This document shows positions 19,226 to 27,130 of a DNA stretch of 64,000 nt, one piece after another (positions within the stretch are counted from its first letter, which is position 1; the number at the start of each line of letters is the position of its first letter). The notes beneath the pieces are model-generated. The model did not search any database. It was given only the letters and a program-made list of their open reading frames with translations, and was not told the origin of the DNA. The translations under genes and the position numbers were made by a program. The DNA comes from a virus: positions 1-64,000 of the IMG/VR virus record IMGVR_UViG_3300045988_077625; one strand, 5' to 3'.

Positions 19226-19268
19226 TATCCTCTATGGCTCATATTGGGTCATAGAGGATAAATTTTAA
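19226..19268 (+). terminator. terminator-like hairpin
   Basis: TATCCTCTATG / CATAGAGGATA form an 11-bp stem followed by AATTTTAAT (weak T-run). Confidence 0.5.
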
Positions 19269-19290
19269 TCTAAATAGGATGTGATAATAT

Positions 19291-20103
19291 ATGGCAACAA
19301 TCAGAGCCGCAGATGGTGGTTATCTATTAAATTCAGACCAATTTAATTATACTAAAGATGCACAGGGTAGACCAGTACTCAATGTGAAGGGTGCAGTTGG
19401 TGCTGATGGCGCGACAGGAGATTTCAAGTCAGATGGTACAGTGCCAATGAGCGGCAACCTATACATGAATGGCAACAATATTATGGGTGTTAAGTCCATT
19501 AGCAATACAGATAGCGGCATGGCGATTGAATCAGAAGTCAGCTTGAATAATCATAAAATCACTGACCTACTTGACCCAACTGCCGACCAAGATGCGGCGA
19601 CCAAGGCGTATGTAGATGAACATAGTCTACTTGGCGATGATGGTATGGTTGACAGCGACCTTAACATGAATGAGCATGGTATTGTTAATGCTCATAGAAT
19701 CAGCACAGACGGTCCAGCTCCATTATATATTGGCTCGACTATTGAGCCAACCGGTACAAATGCGCCTAGATTAACTGGATCGAATGATGGTACAGCGGCA
19801 TTTGTTAAGGCTGATACACAGGCTACCTATGTGCCTGTCAGTGTAGGTGCGCCAACATCAGTAAATCATGCTACTACAAAAGAATATGTAGATGGCAAGA
19901 CAGGCGCAATCCAAGCTAGTGCAATTCTTAAATCAGGTGGCACTATGGTAGGCAAGCTCAAGCTAACGGCTGAAGCAACTGAAGATAATGACGCAGTTGA
20001 TAAGGCATATGTTGATGCTATTCTACCAGCATTCACAGCTGCTGATAATGACAAGGTTCTAGGCATTGTAAATGGTGCATTAGCATGGGTAGCTAAAGCA
20101 TAA
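19291..20103 (+). CDS. tail fibre-like protein
   Basis: Repeated ..A(T/V).K.YVD.. motifs (DAATKAYVDEH, HATTKEYVDG, DAVDKAYVDA), as in phage fibre repeats. Confidence 0.5.
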   Translation: MATIRAADGGYLLNSDQFNYTKDAQGRPVLNVKGAVGADGATGDFKSDGTVPMSGNLYMNGNNIMGVKSISNTDSGMAIESEVSLNNHKITDLLDPTADQDAATKAYVDEHSLLGDDGMVDSDLNMNEHGIVNAHRISTDGPAPLYIGSTIEPTGTNAPRLTGSNDGTAAFVKADTQATYVPVSVGAPTSVNHATTKEYVDGKTGAIQASAILKSGGTMVGKLKLTAEATEDNDAVDKAYVDAILPAFTAADNDKVLGIVNGALAWVAKA

Positions 20104-20125
20104 TTATAGAGAGGGATGATTGAAT

Positions 20126-20653
20126 ATGGCTAATTGGTGCGGAGGAATCCGACTAGATAAGAATACACTCAAGATTATTAACGGTGTGATTTGTGATGCA
20201 AATGCAACAACTGTTGATAGAAGTAAAGCAGTATCTACTTGCGGTCAGCTCTGGGATGGGGCATTATTTACCGTGGCTAAAATTGGTGGCGCTGGTTATA
20301 TCACTCTACATGGTTCTGAAGGTGAAGGGATTGGTGTGCCTATTATGGGTCGTGGTAATTGCGGCGTTGGTCTTGATGGACGTTTTTTCAAGATTGTAAA
20401 GGGTGCAGTTACGCTACAAGAGGGATTCTTACTTACTGTTGATGTAACGCCAAAGGACGCTCTTATCACCGTGACTGATGCTGATGGTACAGAGGTTGAC
20501 CCAGTTAGTGGTAATACCAAGCAATTCTTACTAAGTGGTATTGGCGACACATATACTGTCACAGCTACTAAAACAGGATATACTACTGAGGCTAAACAGG
20601 TCAAGAACACAGGCGACCAGACGTTCAAGATTGTAATGCAAGCAACTGCTTAA
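20126..20653 (+). CDS. hypothetical protein with beta-sandwich (PEGA/Ig-like) C-terminal region
   Basis: ATG 20126 follows AGAGGGA. The C-terminus LLTVDVTPKDALITVTDADGTEV..YTVTATKTGYTTEAKQV is PEGA-like. Confidence 0.4.
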   Translation: MANWCGGIRLDKNTLKIINGVICDANATTVDRSKAVSTCGQLWDGALFTVAKIGGAGYITLHGSEGEGIGVPIMGRGNCGVGLDGRFFKIVKGAVTLQEGFLLTVDVTPKDALITVTDADGTEVDPVSGNTKQFLLSGIGDTYTVTATKTGYTTEAKQVKNTGDQTFKIVMQATA

Positions 20654-20662
20654 TATAAATTT

Positions 20663-20712
20663 ATGGGGAACATTGGATAGATTATTATGTCTACCATGTT
20701 CCCCATTTTTTT
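20663..20712 (+). terminator. rho-independent terminator at the convergence of late (+) and early (-) genes
   Basis: ATGGGGAACAT / ATGTTCCCCAT form an 11-bp stem followed by TTTTTT. Confidence 0.75.
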
Positions 20713-20905
20713 ACTCGTTATCGTTTATAGCCGCAAAATATCCTTCGTCGTAATTTTCTAACGCCATATATAGTAGATTCATAAATGCCTCACACATCGC
20801 TTTAGAGCTTCCAGAAAAGACGCTAATTGCTTCATCTGGTTCTTCTGGATAATACAGCTCTACACGGCATCTGCTACCATTGATACATAGTCGTGGTAGA
20901 ATCAT
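20711..20905 (-). CDS. hypothetical protein
   Basis: 64-aa ORF, last gene of the minus-strand block. Confidence 0.35.
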   Translation of the reverse strand: MILPRLCINGSRCRVELYYPEEPDEAISVFSGSSKAMCEAFMNLLYMALENYDEGYFAAINDNE

Positions 20906-20907
20906 GG

Positions 20908-21336
20908 TTAAGCACCTGTACTTCCAAATCCACCTCTATCCACATCATTCAACTTATCAACCTCTGTAAATGTTGGCGTTTTCATTTTCTTTACAAGTCT
21001 AAATTGGCAAATTCTATCACCAGGATTGATTTTTGTATTTCTTGTAAAATAGCATGGCATTTTCCATACATCATTTGTACCAGAATACGAATTATCTATA
21101 ACACCAACGGAATTTGTTTGAATGATACCCCAATTTTTAAAAGTTGATGATCTTGGAGCAATGTGTGCTTCGTAACCATCCGGTAGTTTCATAGATACGC
21201 CTAAATCAACTAAGGCAAAATCACCAGCCATAAAATACCCGCCAACGCTAGCTCTTAGATCAATCCAGTCGCCAACATCAACACTTTTTAATTTTGGCAT
21301 ATTTTTATCATGATATACAATTTCAATATCTAACAT
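20908..21336 (-). CDS. dut: dUTP diphosphatase (trimeric dUTPase)
   Basis: C-terminal motif V is DRGGFGSTG. Also has the IDNSYSG motif. ATG 21336 is taken as the start because it removes the overlap with thyX. Confidence 0.8.
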   Translation of the reverse strand: MLDIEIVYHDKNMPKLKSVDVGDWIDLRASVGGYFMAGDFALVDLGVSMKLPDGYEAHIAPRSSTFKNWGIIQTNSVGVIDNSYSGTNDVWKMPCYFTRNTKINPGDRICQFRLVKKMKTPTFTEVDKLNDVDRGGFGSTGA

Positions 21337-21340
21337 TCTA

Positions 21341-21868
21341 TCAACCACCATTTCTTCCACATGGGTGAAACTCAGTACATAAGCCACCTCTATATTCGCA
21401 TAGCGGCACTAGATAATCCTTGAACTCAGGATTAGTCTTAACCACCTCATCAACAATCTGTTGCATGACTGCTCGTGTTTCAGGTGACGCTTGATTGCAT
21501 AGGCGCTTATGAGCCATATATACAAGCTGCTGGGCGTTGATTGACATAACATGGCTTACTAGCTCATCTTGTGGTGCTTTGTTGCGGTCATACTTGTCTT
21601 GCCTATCATTGCGTTGAGATTGAACGTAATGATTGCACCCTACATGATGACGAACGAAGTGCACACTAATCCAGTAAGGGATAACCATATGAATACCAAA
21701 CCACAACTCTCTAAGAGGGCTATGCTCGGCCCCGATTAGTTTGCGTTTCCATTCGTCATTTGGTACATTCATTATCTGCTTGCCGATAGTGTTCATAGTA
21801 CAATACTTGCACCATGCCCAATCTTCATCTGTTGGATGTTTCTTTATTTCTACATAAATATGGCTCAA
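21341..21868 (-). CDS. thyX: ThyX-like flavin-dependent thymidylate synthase (short form)
   Basis: AEHSPLRE..FGIHMVIPYWISVHFVRHHVGCNHYVQSQRN matches the ThyX RHR..S..SQR signature region. KRLCNQASPETR matches the downstream ThyX motif. Only 175 aa. Confidence 0.55.
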   Translation of the reverse strand: MSHIYVEIKKHPTDEDWAWCKYCTMNTIGKQIMNVPNDEWKRKLIGAEHSPLRELWFGIHMVIPYWISVHFVRHHVGCNHYVQSQRNDRQDKYDRNKAPQDELVSHVMSINAQQLVYMAHKRLCNQASPETRAVMQQIVDEVVKTNPEFKDYLVPLCEYRGGLCTEFHPCGRNGG

Positions 21869-21885
21869 ATAATCAATCCTCCTCC

Positions 21886-22131
21886 TTAATATTCACATTC
21901 AGCCATAACATCCTCTGTGATATCATGACATTCAATATCTACTAGATATAGCTTGTCGTCATCGTAACGATTTGGCGAATATGTGACCATATCAATCTCC
22001 ACACAGGTATCATCAATCCACACACGTTCACCAATACGAGGAATAATCATGTGTGCAGCATCAGTATATGTCCATACATGTCCTGTACAATCTGCATTAT
22101 CGTCAACAAAATATCTTAGTAGAAATTCCAT
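21886..22131 (-). CDS. hypothetical protein
   Basis: ATG 22131 follows GGGAGG. Confidence 0.35.
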   Translation of the reverse strand: MEFLLRYFVDDNADCTGHVWTYTDAAHMIIPRIGERVWIDDTCVEIDMVTYSPNRYDDDKLYLVDIECHDITEDVMAECEY

Positions 22132-22135
22132 CCAC

Positions 22136-22360
22136 TCAATCCTCCCAACTATATAGTTTACAAAAATATGACACAGCATCCTTTTCGATGTATTTTTGCT
22201 TTACGACATAAACATCTTGCGTTTCAATGGAAACGTCTAGTGGCAACGACACCATATCTCCAATATTTGGATATGCGATAAAATCTTCTTCAGAGCATGA
22301 ACAGATAAGTTGTTCGTTCCCTAACATATCATCGTAAAATCTAATCGTCCCCATAGTCAA
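22136..22360 (-). CDS. hypothetical protein
   Basis: 74-aa ORF, tightly packed. Confidence 0.35.
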   Translation of the reverse strand: MTMGTIRFYDDMLGNEQLICSCSEEDFIAYPNIGDMVSLPLDVSIETQDVYVVKQKYIEKDAVSYFCKLYSWED

Positions 22361-22644
22361 TCTCCTGTATTGTTTCCAAAATCAATATCGCAATCATGGC
22401 AAGCATATCCAACACAATCCAATACAACATCGCCATATCTCTCTTTGTAGTGATATGATTCTAAGAGTTTACCACATTTTCTGCAACAGTATCTCTTATC
22501 TAACTCTCTATCCAAGATGTAAACATCGTCCAATGGAAAATATCTTTTCATATATGCAAGACATCTACCAAATGTTTCTTCGTCGCCTAATTTGTTATAA
22601 TACGATGTTAAAGCATCGATAATTTCATAAATCATATTATACAA
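22357..22644 (-). CDS. hypothetical Cys-rich (zinc-ribbon-like) protein
   Basis: Has CCRKCGK...CHDCD cysteine pairs. Confidence 0.35.
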   Translation of the reverse strand: MYNMIYEIIDALTSYYNKLGDEETFGRCLAYMKRYFPLDDVYILDRELDKRYCCRKCGKLLESYHYKERYGDVVLDCVGYACHDCDIDFGNNTGD

Positions 22645-22882
22645 ATCTCAACCCCTTTCTTTTCATCAAGTAGCAATATCTGCCGCAGTCAATTAGATAA
22701 ATCGTTTCGCCAGACTTGTTTTTATGCCATTCAATAACTTTCCCGTATTGACAATGACGGGGCTTATTGTTCCAGTGGAACTTAGATGCGTAATAAATGT
22801 CAATATTGTTATCTTCAAACCAGTCAAGATCACCTTGCCACCAGAAATTTTCTTCGACGATAATTGCATTTCTTTTATTCAT
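22637..22882 (-). CDS. hypothetical protein
   Basis: 81-aa ORF. Confidence 0.35.
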   Translation of the reverse strand: MNKRNAIIVEENFWWQGDLDWFEDNNIDIYYASKFHWNNKPRHCQYGKVIEWHKNKSGETIYLIDCGRYCYLMKRKGLRFV

Positions 22883-22897
22883 TTATTTGCACCATCC

Positions 22898-23143
22898 TTA
22901 TCTAAACAACATGTTCTGCCATTGTTTTGACACAATTTCGATGTACTCTTTAACCGCATCGTTTACATCCACCATATTATTGTATTTTTCTATAAGATTG
23001 TTGTTAGACCATCTATAAACCCATTTGTACTTATTGGACATGAATACAATCGAGTTATTGTAGATTGTTATGTTTCCATTCAGTTTTTGTTGAACAGAGT
23101 CTAAGAATATCTTCAGGTATTTTCTATATTCCATATCGTTCAC
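22898..23143 (-). CDS. hypothetical protein
   Basis: 81-aa ORF. Confidence 0.35.
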   Translation of the reverse strand: MNDMEYRKYLKIFLDSVQQKLNGNITIYNNSIVFMSNKYKWVYRWSNNNLIEKYNNMVDVNDAVKEYIEIVSKQWQNMLFR

Positions 23144-24177
23144 CCGGCATATAAAGATTTATACTTACGAATATGTTTTACCAATTTTTTGATATCTCGC
23201 TTTGTCGTTGTATTAGAGAATGAGACTCGAATTACATATGGCGCATATTCTGATGGAATGTTACAAGCGGCTAGCACTCTGTAGTCTTTGACGTCTGCAC
23301 ACGCGCTATGTCCTACAGACACATAGATTTTTTTAGATGCTAAGTAGGATTGCAAAGAATCTGCGCTGATATCAAACAGCAAGATAGAATTGATGGCTTT
23401 TGTTTTCTCATGCTGAGAATCTACAACATATGAGGTTAATGAATTTTTATAAAGCTGCTTTTGCAAAAACCTGGACAAATCATCAAAATGCAATTCGTTT
23501 AAGTTGTCTACTGATCTACTCAACGCATTTGTTAATTGCTCAATTCCGTTTAAATCTTTTGTTCCACCCAAAGAAAATTCATATAGGCATTTGCTTAAAG
23601 CGTTGGACAACCAAACAAATCCAATTCCAGGATTAGCCCCAAATTTATGTCCAGATGCGAACACCATATCACAACAACTTGAAATATCCTCTGGAATTTT
23701 ATTGTGTCCAATAGCAGCTGTAAGATCGCAACAACAAAACGCGCCATATTCTTTACAAATATTTCCGATGGCTTCTACATCGTATATGCGCCCTGTAATG
23801 TTATTTGTTAACATCTGATAAACAAAGATTTTATCATACCAACTTTTTTCTTCCAATTTATCTAACTGAACACATAAATCTGATTCATTGTTAAATGTTG
23901 AATGAGACACGTTCACAATGGATTCGTGTTCAAAGCAACTAGCCAAATTTGTGTATCGCAAGAAGCGCATTCTATAGTTTAGTTGTTCCAACAACGTGGA
24001 AACATCATGACAAAATAAAAATTTTCCATCATGCAAATTCAATTTGTTGCGGATCGTATTTTCAAAATTTTGTAATGCTACTGACTCATTTTTAGCATAT
24101 TGTTGATTTGCATTCAGCATCCACTTGTTTTTTCTTTTAATTTCAGGACAAGTAGAAGCGTAATCCAAATACACCAT
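23140..24177 (-). CDS. NifS/IscS-like class V PLP enzyme (cysteine desulfurase paralog 1)
   Basis: MVYLDYAS N-terminus. PLP-lysine motif ASGHKFGANPGIGFVWL. Active-site Cys loop VGHSACAD..YRVLAACNI. Confidence 0.65.
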   Translation of the reverse strand: MVYLDYASTCPEIKRKNKWMLNANQQYAKNESVALQNFENTIRNKLNLHDGKFLFCHDVSTLLEQLNYRMRFLRYTNLASCFEHESIVNVSHSTFNNESDLCVQLDKLEEKSWYDKIFVYQMLTNNITGRIYDVEAIGNICKEYGAFCCCDLTAAIGHNKIPEDISSCCDMVFASGHKFGANPGIGFVWLSNALSKCLYEFSLGGTKDLNGIEQLTNALSRSVDNLNELHFDDLSRFLQKQLYKNSLTSYVVDSQHEKTKAINSILLFDISADSLQSYLASKKIYVSVGHSACADVKDYRVLAACNIPSEYAPYVIRVSFSNTTTKRDIKKLVKHIRKYKSLYAG

Positions 24178-24195
24178 TTCTTCACCCTCTTTCTT

Positions 24196-24357
24196 TTAGC
24201 CAATTACTTTGTAATATTTTTTATCAAACACTCTACACGTCAACCCATAAAATTCTTTGGGGAACAGCACCTTGTACACAGGAAATCCGTCACTAATTTT
24301 TGTAACATATCCAATTACGCCCGAAGTAGATTCAATGTATTTTCCTTTTCTAAACAT
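24196..24357 (-). CDS. small hypothetical protein (53 aa)
   Basis: GGAGG RBS then ATG 24357. Below the track cutoff. Confidence 0.3.
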   Translation of the reverse strand: MFRKGKYIESTSGVIGYVTKISDGFPVYKVLFPKEFYGLTCRVFDKKYYKVIG

Positions 24358-24390
24358 CCTTGACAACCTCCGTTGATTTATTGTATCTAT

Positions 24391-24419
24391 ATAGTATCAT
24401 ATAAAACAGAGGTTGTCAA
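24391..24419 (-). promoter_or_regulatory. sigma-A type promoter
   Basis: Minus strand: TTGACA-17 nt-TACTAT. Confidence 0.6.
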
Positions 24420-24434
24420 GGATTATTTTTTTAT

Positions 24435-26705
24435 TTACTCACATTTTGTCCAAGCACAGTTGGGACACGAAACACAGCCACCAATATGCACTAGCGGTTC
24501 GCCGCATTCCGGGCATAACTGCTGTTGCATATTTACCTTGCTAATTGGTTCAACAGGGATTTTCTTAACCGGCTTTTCTTCACTGTCTTTACTATCATCA
24601 TCCAGTTCTGATTGCATCTCATTATACATATCTACCAGAGCATTACCAATAGCCATAGGACAACACGACCCCTTACTTGTATCATGGTGAGTTGCCTTTC
24701 TAGTGGCATAAGATGGACATACACCAGTTGAATCAAGCTGATCTTTGATGGTCATAATATCAACGCCAGCGCGGCATAGTAGGCTGACCATGCGGCTTAG
24801 ACCTGTCATGAAATTAGCACATCCACCTGTCGAGCCTTTATTGAAATATACCTCTTGTAGATTGCCGTCAATTGGGTCAAAGAATGCTAAAACATGAAGT
24901 GAGCCGCATCCTGTCTGGATTTTGCGCTTTTTGCCAATCAGGTCGTTACTTGCTTCGATGATTGAGCCGCGAGGCAGAATAGTAGATGTATTTTCTAACT
25001 TAGTTCCATCATCTTTCTTTGATTCAACATTTAGAATGCCAGCTCTCTTGCATCCGGCACGATATACTGTAATACCCTTTAGATGCTTTTCCCAAGCATA
25101 CATATATAGGTCTTTTACATCATCTACTGTCGCTTCATTTGGTAGATTGACAGTTGAGCTAATACTTGCATCAATATGTTTCTGCCATACTGATTGCATA
25201 TCAATACGCCGCTCAATAGGAATAGTTGCAGATGTTACAAAGTATGATGGCAAGCCAAGTTCATCTTTAATACCATGTGCATCCATATATTCTTTAACGA
25301 TTGGAGTATATACCTTATACACCTCATCATGCCCATGTAGAGATTTAGTTGTACGCTCATAGTAATTAGCGAAAATTGGCTCAATGCCGCCTGATACACC
25401 AATCATTGTGCTAATAGAGCCAGTTGGGGCGATAGTTAATAGTTGACTATTACGCATACCATACATATAAATCAATGTCCCAGCTTCATTATCATCATCT
25501 TTGATGTGTTCAACAAAGAACGGAGATGTGGTTACTTTGTTGAAGTCCCAATTATTATAATAATCTTTATCTTTAGCTACTCTAGCACTAGCTACGATGG
25601 CATTTCTAGCCATAGAATAACCAATAGCGTCACATAGGGCGATAGAATCAGGCGAGCCGTATTCAATGCCTAGCTTGATAAGCATATCAGCTAGCCCCAT
25701 AATACCAAGCCCAATCTGTCTCCAATCTCTAACCGTCTTGCGCTGTTCAGCAAGTGGATGCCGCTCAAGTCCTTCATCAAGCACATCATTTAGTGCTTTA
25801 ACTGCAATATTTACAGTTCTGTTAAAATCATCCCAGTCAAACTTGCCGTTATCGGCAAATGCAGATAGGTTGATTGCACCAAGTAGACATGAGCCTCCTG
25901 CTGGTAGTGGTTCTTCTGCACAGGGATTTACACCAGCATATTCAAAATCCTTGTCATTGCTTACCAGATTCCAGTTGGTAATTCTATCCCAATAGAGAAT
26001 ACCTGGCTCGGCATAATCCCAATTATTACGGCATAACAGGTCAAAAATATCTCGCGCTTTTACTGTTTTCTTTATTTCTTCACCTGTTTCATTGCGCTTA
26101 TAGTATAGTTCCCAATCTTCATCATTTTTAACTGCTACCATAAAACGGTCTGTAACGCGAACTGAGATATTAGCAGATGTTACTTTGTTCAAGTCGGATT
26201 TTACTGTAATAAATTTTTCTAGGTCTGGATGGGTGCAATCAATGCTAATCATCAATGCCCCACGTCTACCATTCTGACCAATCTGCTCTGTTACTTGACT
26301 GAATGTATCCATAAAGCTGACTGCGCCTGATGTGGATTTAGCTTGATTATTAACTTTTGCGCCACATGGGGCAAGTTTGCTAATGTCAATTCCGCAGCCT
26401 CCTCCATATGAGTACGTCCTAGCCAGCTTTTTAGCAGTATCATAAATTGACTCAATATTATCTTCAGGTGGTGAAATCACATAACAATTGCTATATGTTA
26501 CCTTTTCATCATCAATGCCGCGATTGCTCAAGATGCGCCCGCCAAATAAGAATTTCTTATCAGCAATAAGCTCTGCTACATCTGCATCGCCACCACTTAC
26601 ACGCTTAAGCCAATCTTCAAAAGATTCCCCATTGCGCTGATATTTCTTTTTCCAGATGTCAATACCAAGCTGATTTTCTTTACCTAGCCATTCTTCAACA
26701 AACAA
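24435..26705 (-). CDS. nrdJ: ribonucleotide reductase, class II-like (B12-dependent type)
   Basis: 756 aa. Has the NPCAEEPL thiyl-radical loop, TIAPTGSIS and a C-terminal Cys cluster CPECG..CVSCPNC. Confidence 0.7.
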   Translation of the reverse strand: MFVEEWLGKENQLGIDIWKKKYQRNGESFEDWLKRVSGGDADVAELIADKKFLFGGRILSNRGIDDEKVTYSNCYVISPPEDNIESIYDTAKKLARTYSYGGGCGIDISKLAPCGAKVNNQAKSTSGAVSFMDTFSQVTEQIGQNGRRGALMISIDCTHPDLEKFITVKSDLNKVTSANISVRVTDRFMVAVKNDEDWELYYKRNETGEEIKKTVKARDIFDLLCRNNWDYAEPGILYWDRITNWNLVSNDKDFEYAGVNPCAEEPLPAGGSCLLGAINLSAFADNGKFDWDDFNRTVNIAVKALNDVLDEGLERHPLAEQRKTVRDWRQIGLGIMGLADMLIKLGIEYGSPDSIALCDAIGYSMARNAIVASARVAKDKDYYNNWDFNKVTTSPFFVEHIKDDDNEAGTLIYMYGMRNSQLLTIAPTGSISTMIGVSGGIEPIFANYYERTTKSLHGHDEVYKVYTPIVKEYMDAHGIKDELGLPSYFVTSATIPIERRIDMQSVWQKHIDASISSTVNLPNEATVDDVKDLYMYAWEKHLKGITVYRAGCKRAGILNVESKKDDGTKLENTSTILPRGSIIEASNDLIGKKRKIQTGCGSLHVLAFFDPIDGNLQEVYFNKGSTGGCANFMTGLSRMVSLLCRAGVDIMTIKDQLDSTGVCPSYATRKATHHDTSKGSCCPMAIGNALVDMYNEMQSELDDDSKDSEEKPVKKIPVEPISKVNMQQQLCPECGEPLVHIGGCVSCPNCAWTKCE

Positions 26706-26721
26706 TAATCATCTTCCTCCT

Positions 26722-27096
26722 TTATTCAAAGTCATTCATATTAAAGCAATATGCCGTATCATCAATTAGCATATCACAATAAATCTTGCGGCAATCCTTA
26801 TATAGCTCAATTCGCGCCGGGTCATTTTCATTGAAATAATCCCAACGGATATTATGCTTTTTCAACCATTCTTTAGCTACTTCCGCAGATTCTCCTTCAC
26901 GACAAGTAGTGATGATAATGACAATATCCATCTCTTGTACAGAGCGGATAAATTCTGCAATCGGTGTTTCTAGTCCACACAGCGGATATGAACTATAGCA
27001 TAGCGTATGGTCAAAATCCACTGCTAATACAAATTTAGTAGGCGGAGATTGTGCATAATAAGCGTTAATAATCTTCTTAAATTCGGTTCGATTCAT
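26722..27096 (-). CDS. HAD-like hydrolase (possible nucleotidase)
   Basis: LAVDFDHTLC is a DxDxT-type HAD motif I. 124 aa. Confidence 0.4.
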   Translation of the reverse strand: MNRTEFKKIINAYYAQSPPTKFVLAVDFDHTLCYSSYPLCGLETPIAEFIRSVQEMDIVIIITTCREGESAEVAKEWLKKHNIRWDYFNENDPARIELYKDCRKIYCDMLIDDTAYCFNMNDFE

Positions 27097-27130
27097 TTTT
27101 AATCATATTACCTCCTTGTCATATATATTA

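Noticed and set aside
16614-20653. Diversity-generating retroelement targeting the fibre genes.
   Set aside because: There is no reverse transcriptase in the window and no template/variable repeat pair differing at adenines.
24922-25995. Plus-strand ORFs of 64-146 aa inside the RNR gene. Similar antisense ORFs occur inside the TMP, polymerase, helicase and fibre genes (for example 436-703, 4828-5091, 16901-17209 and 45519-45881).
   Set aside because: They lie wholly inside long, motif-bearing genes on the opposite strand. They lack RBSs and have low-complexity or odd composition. They are shadow ORFs.
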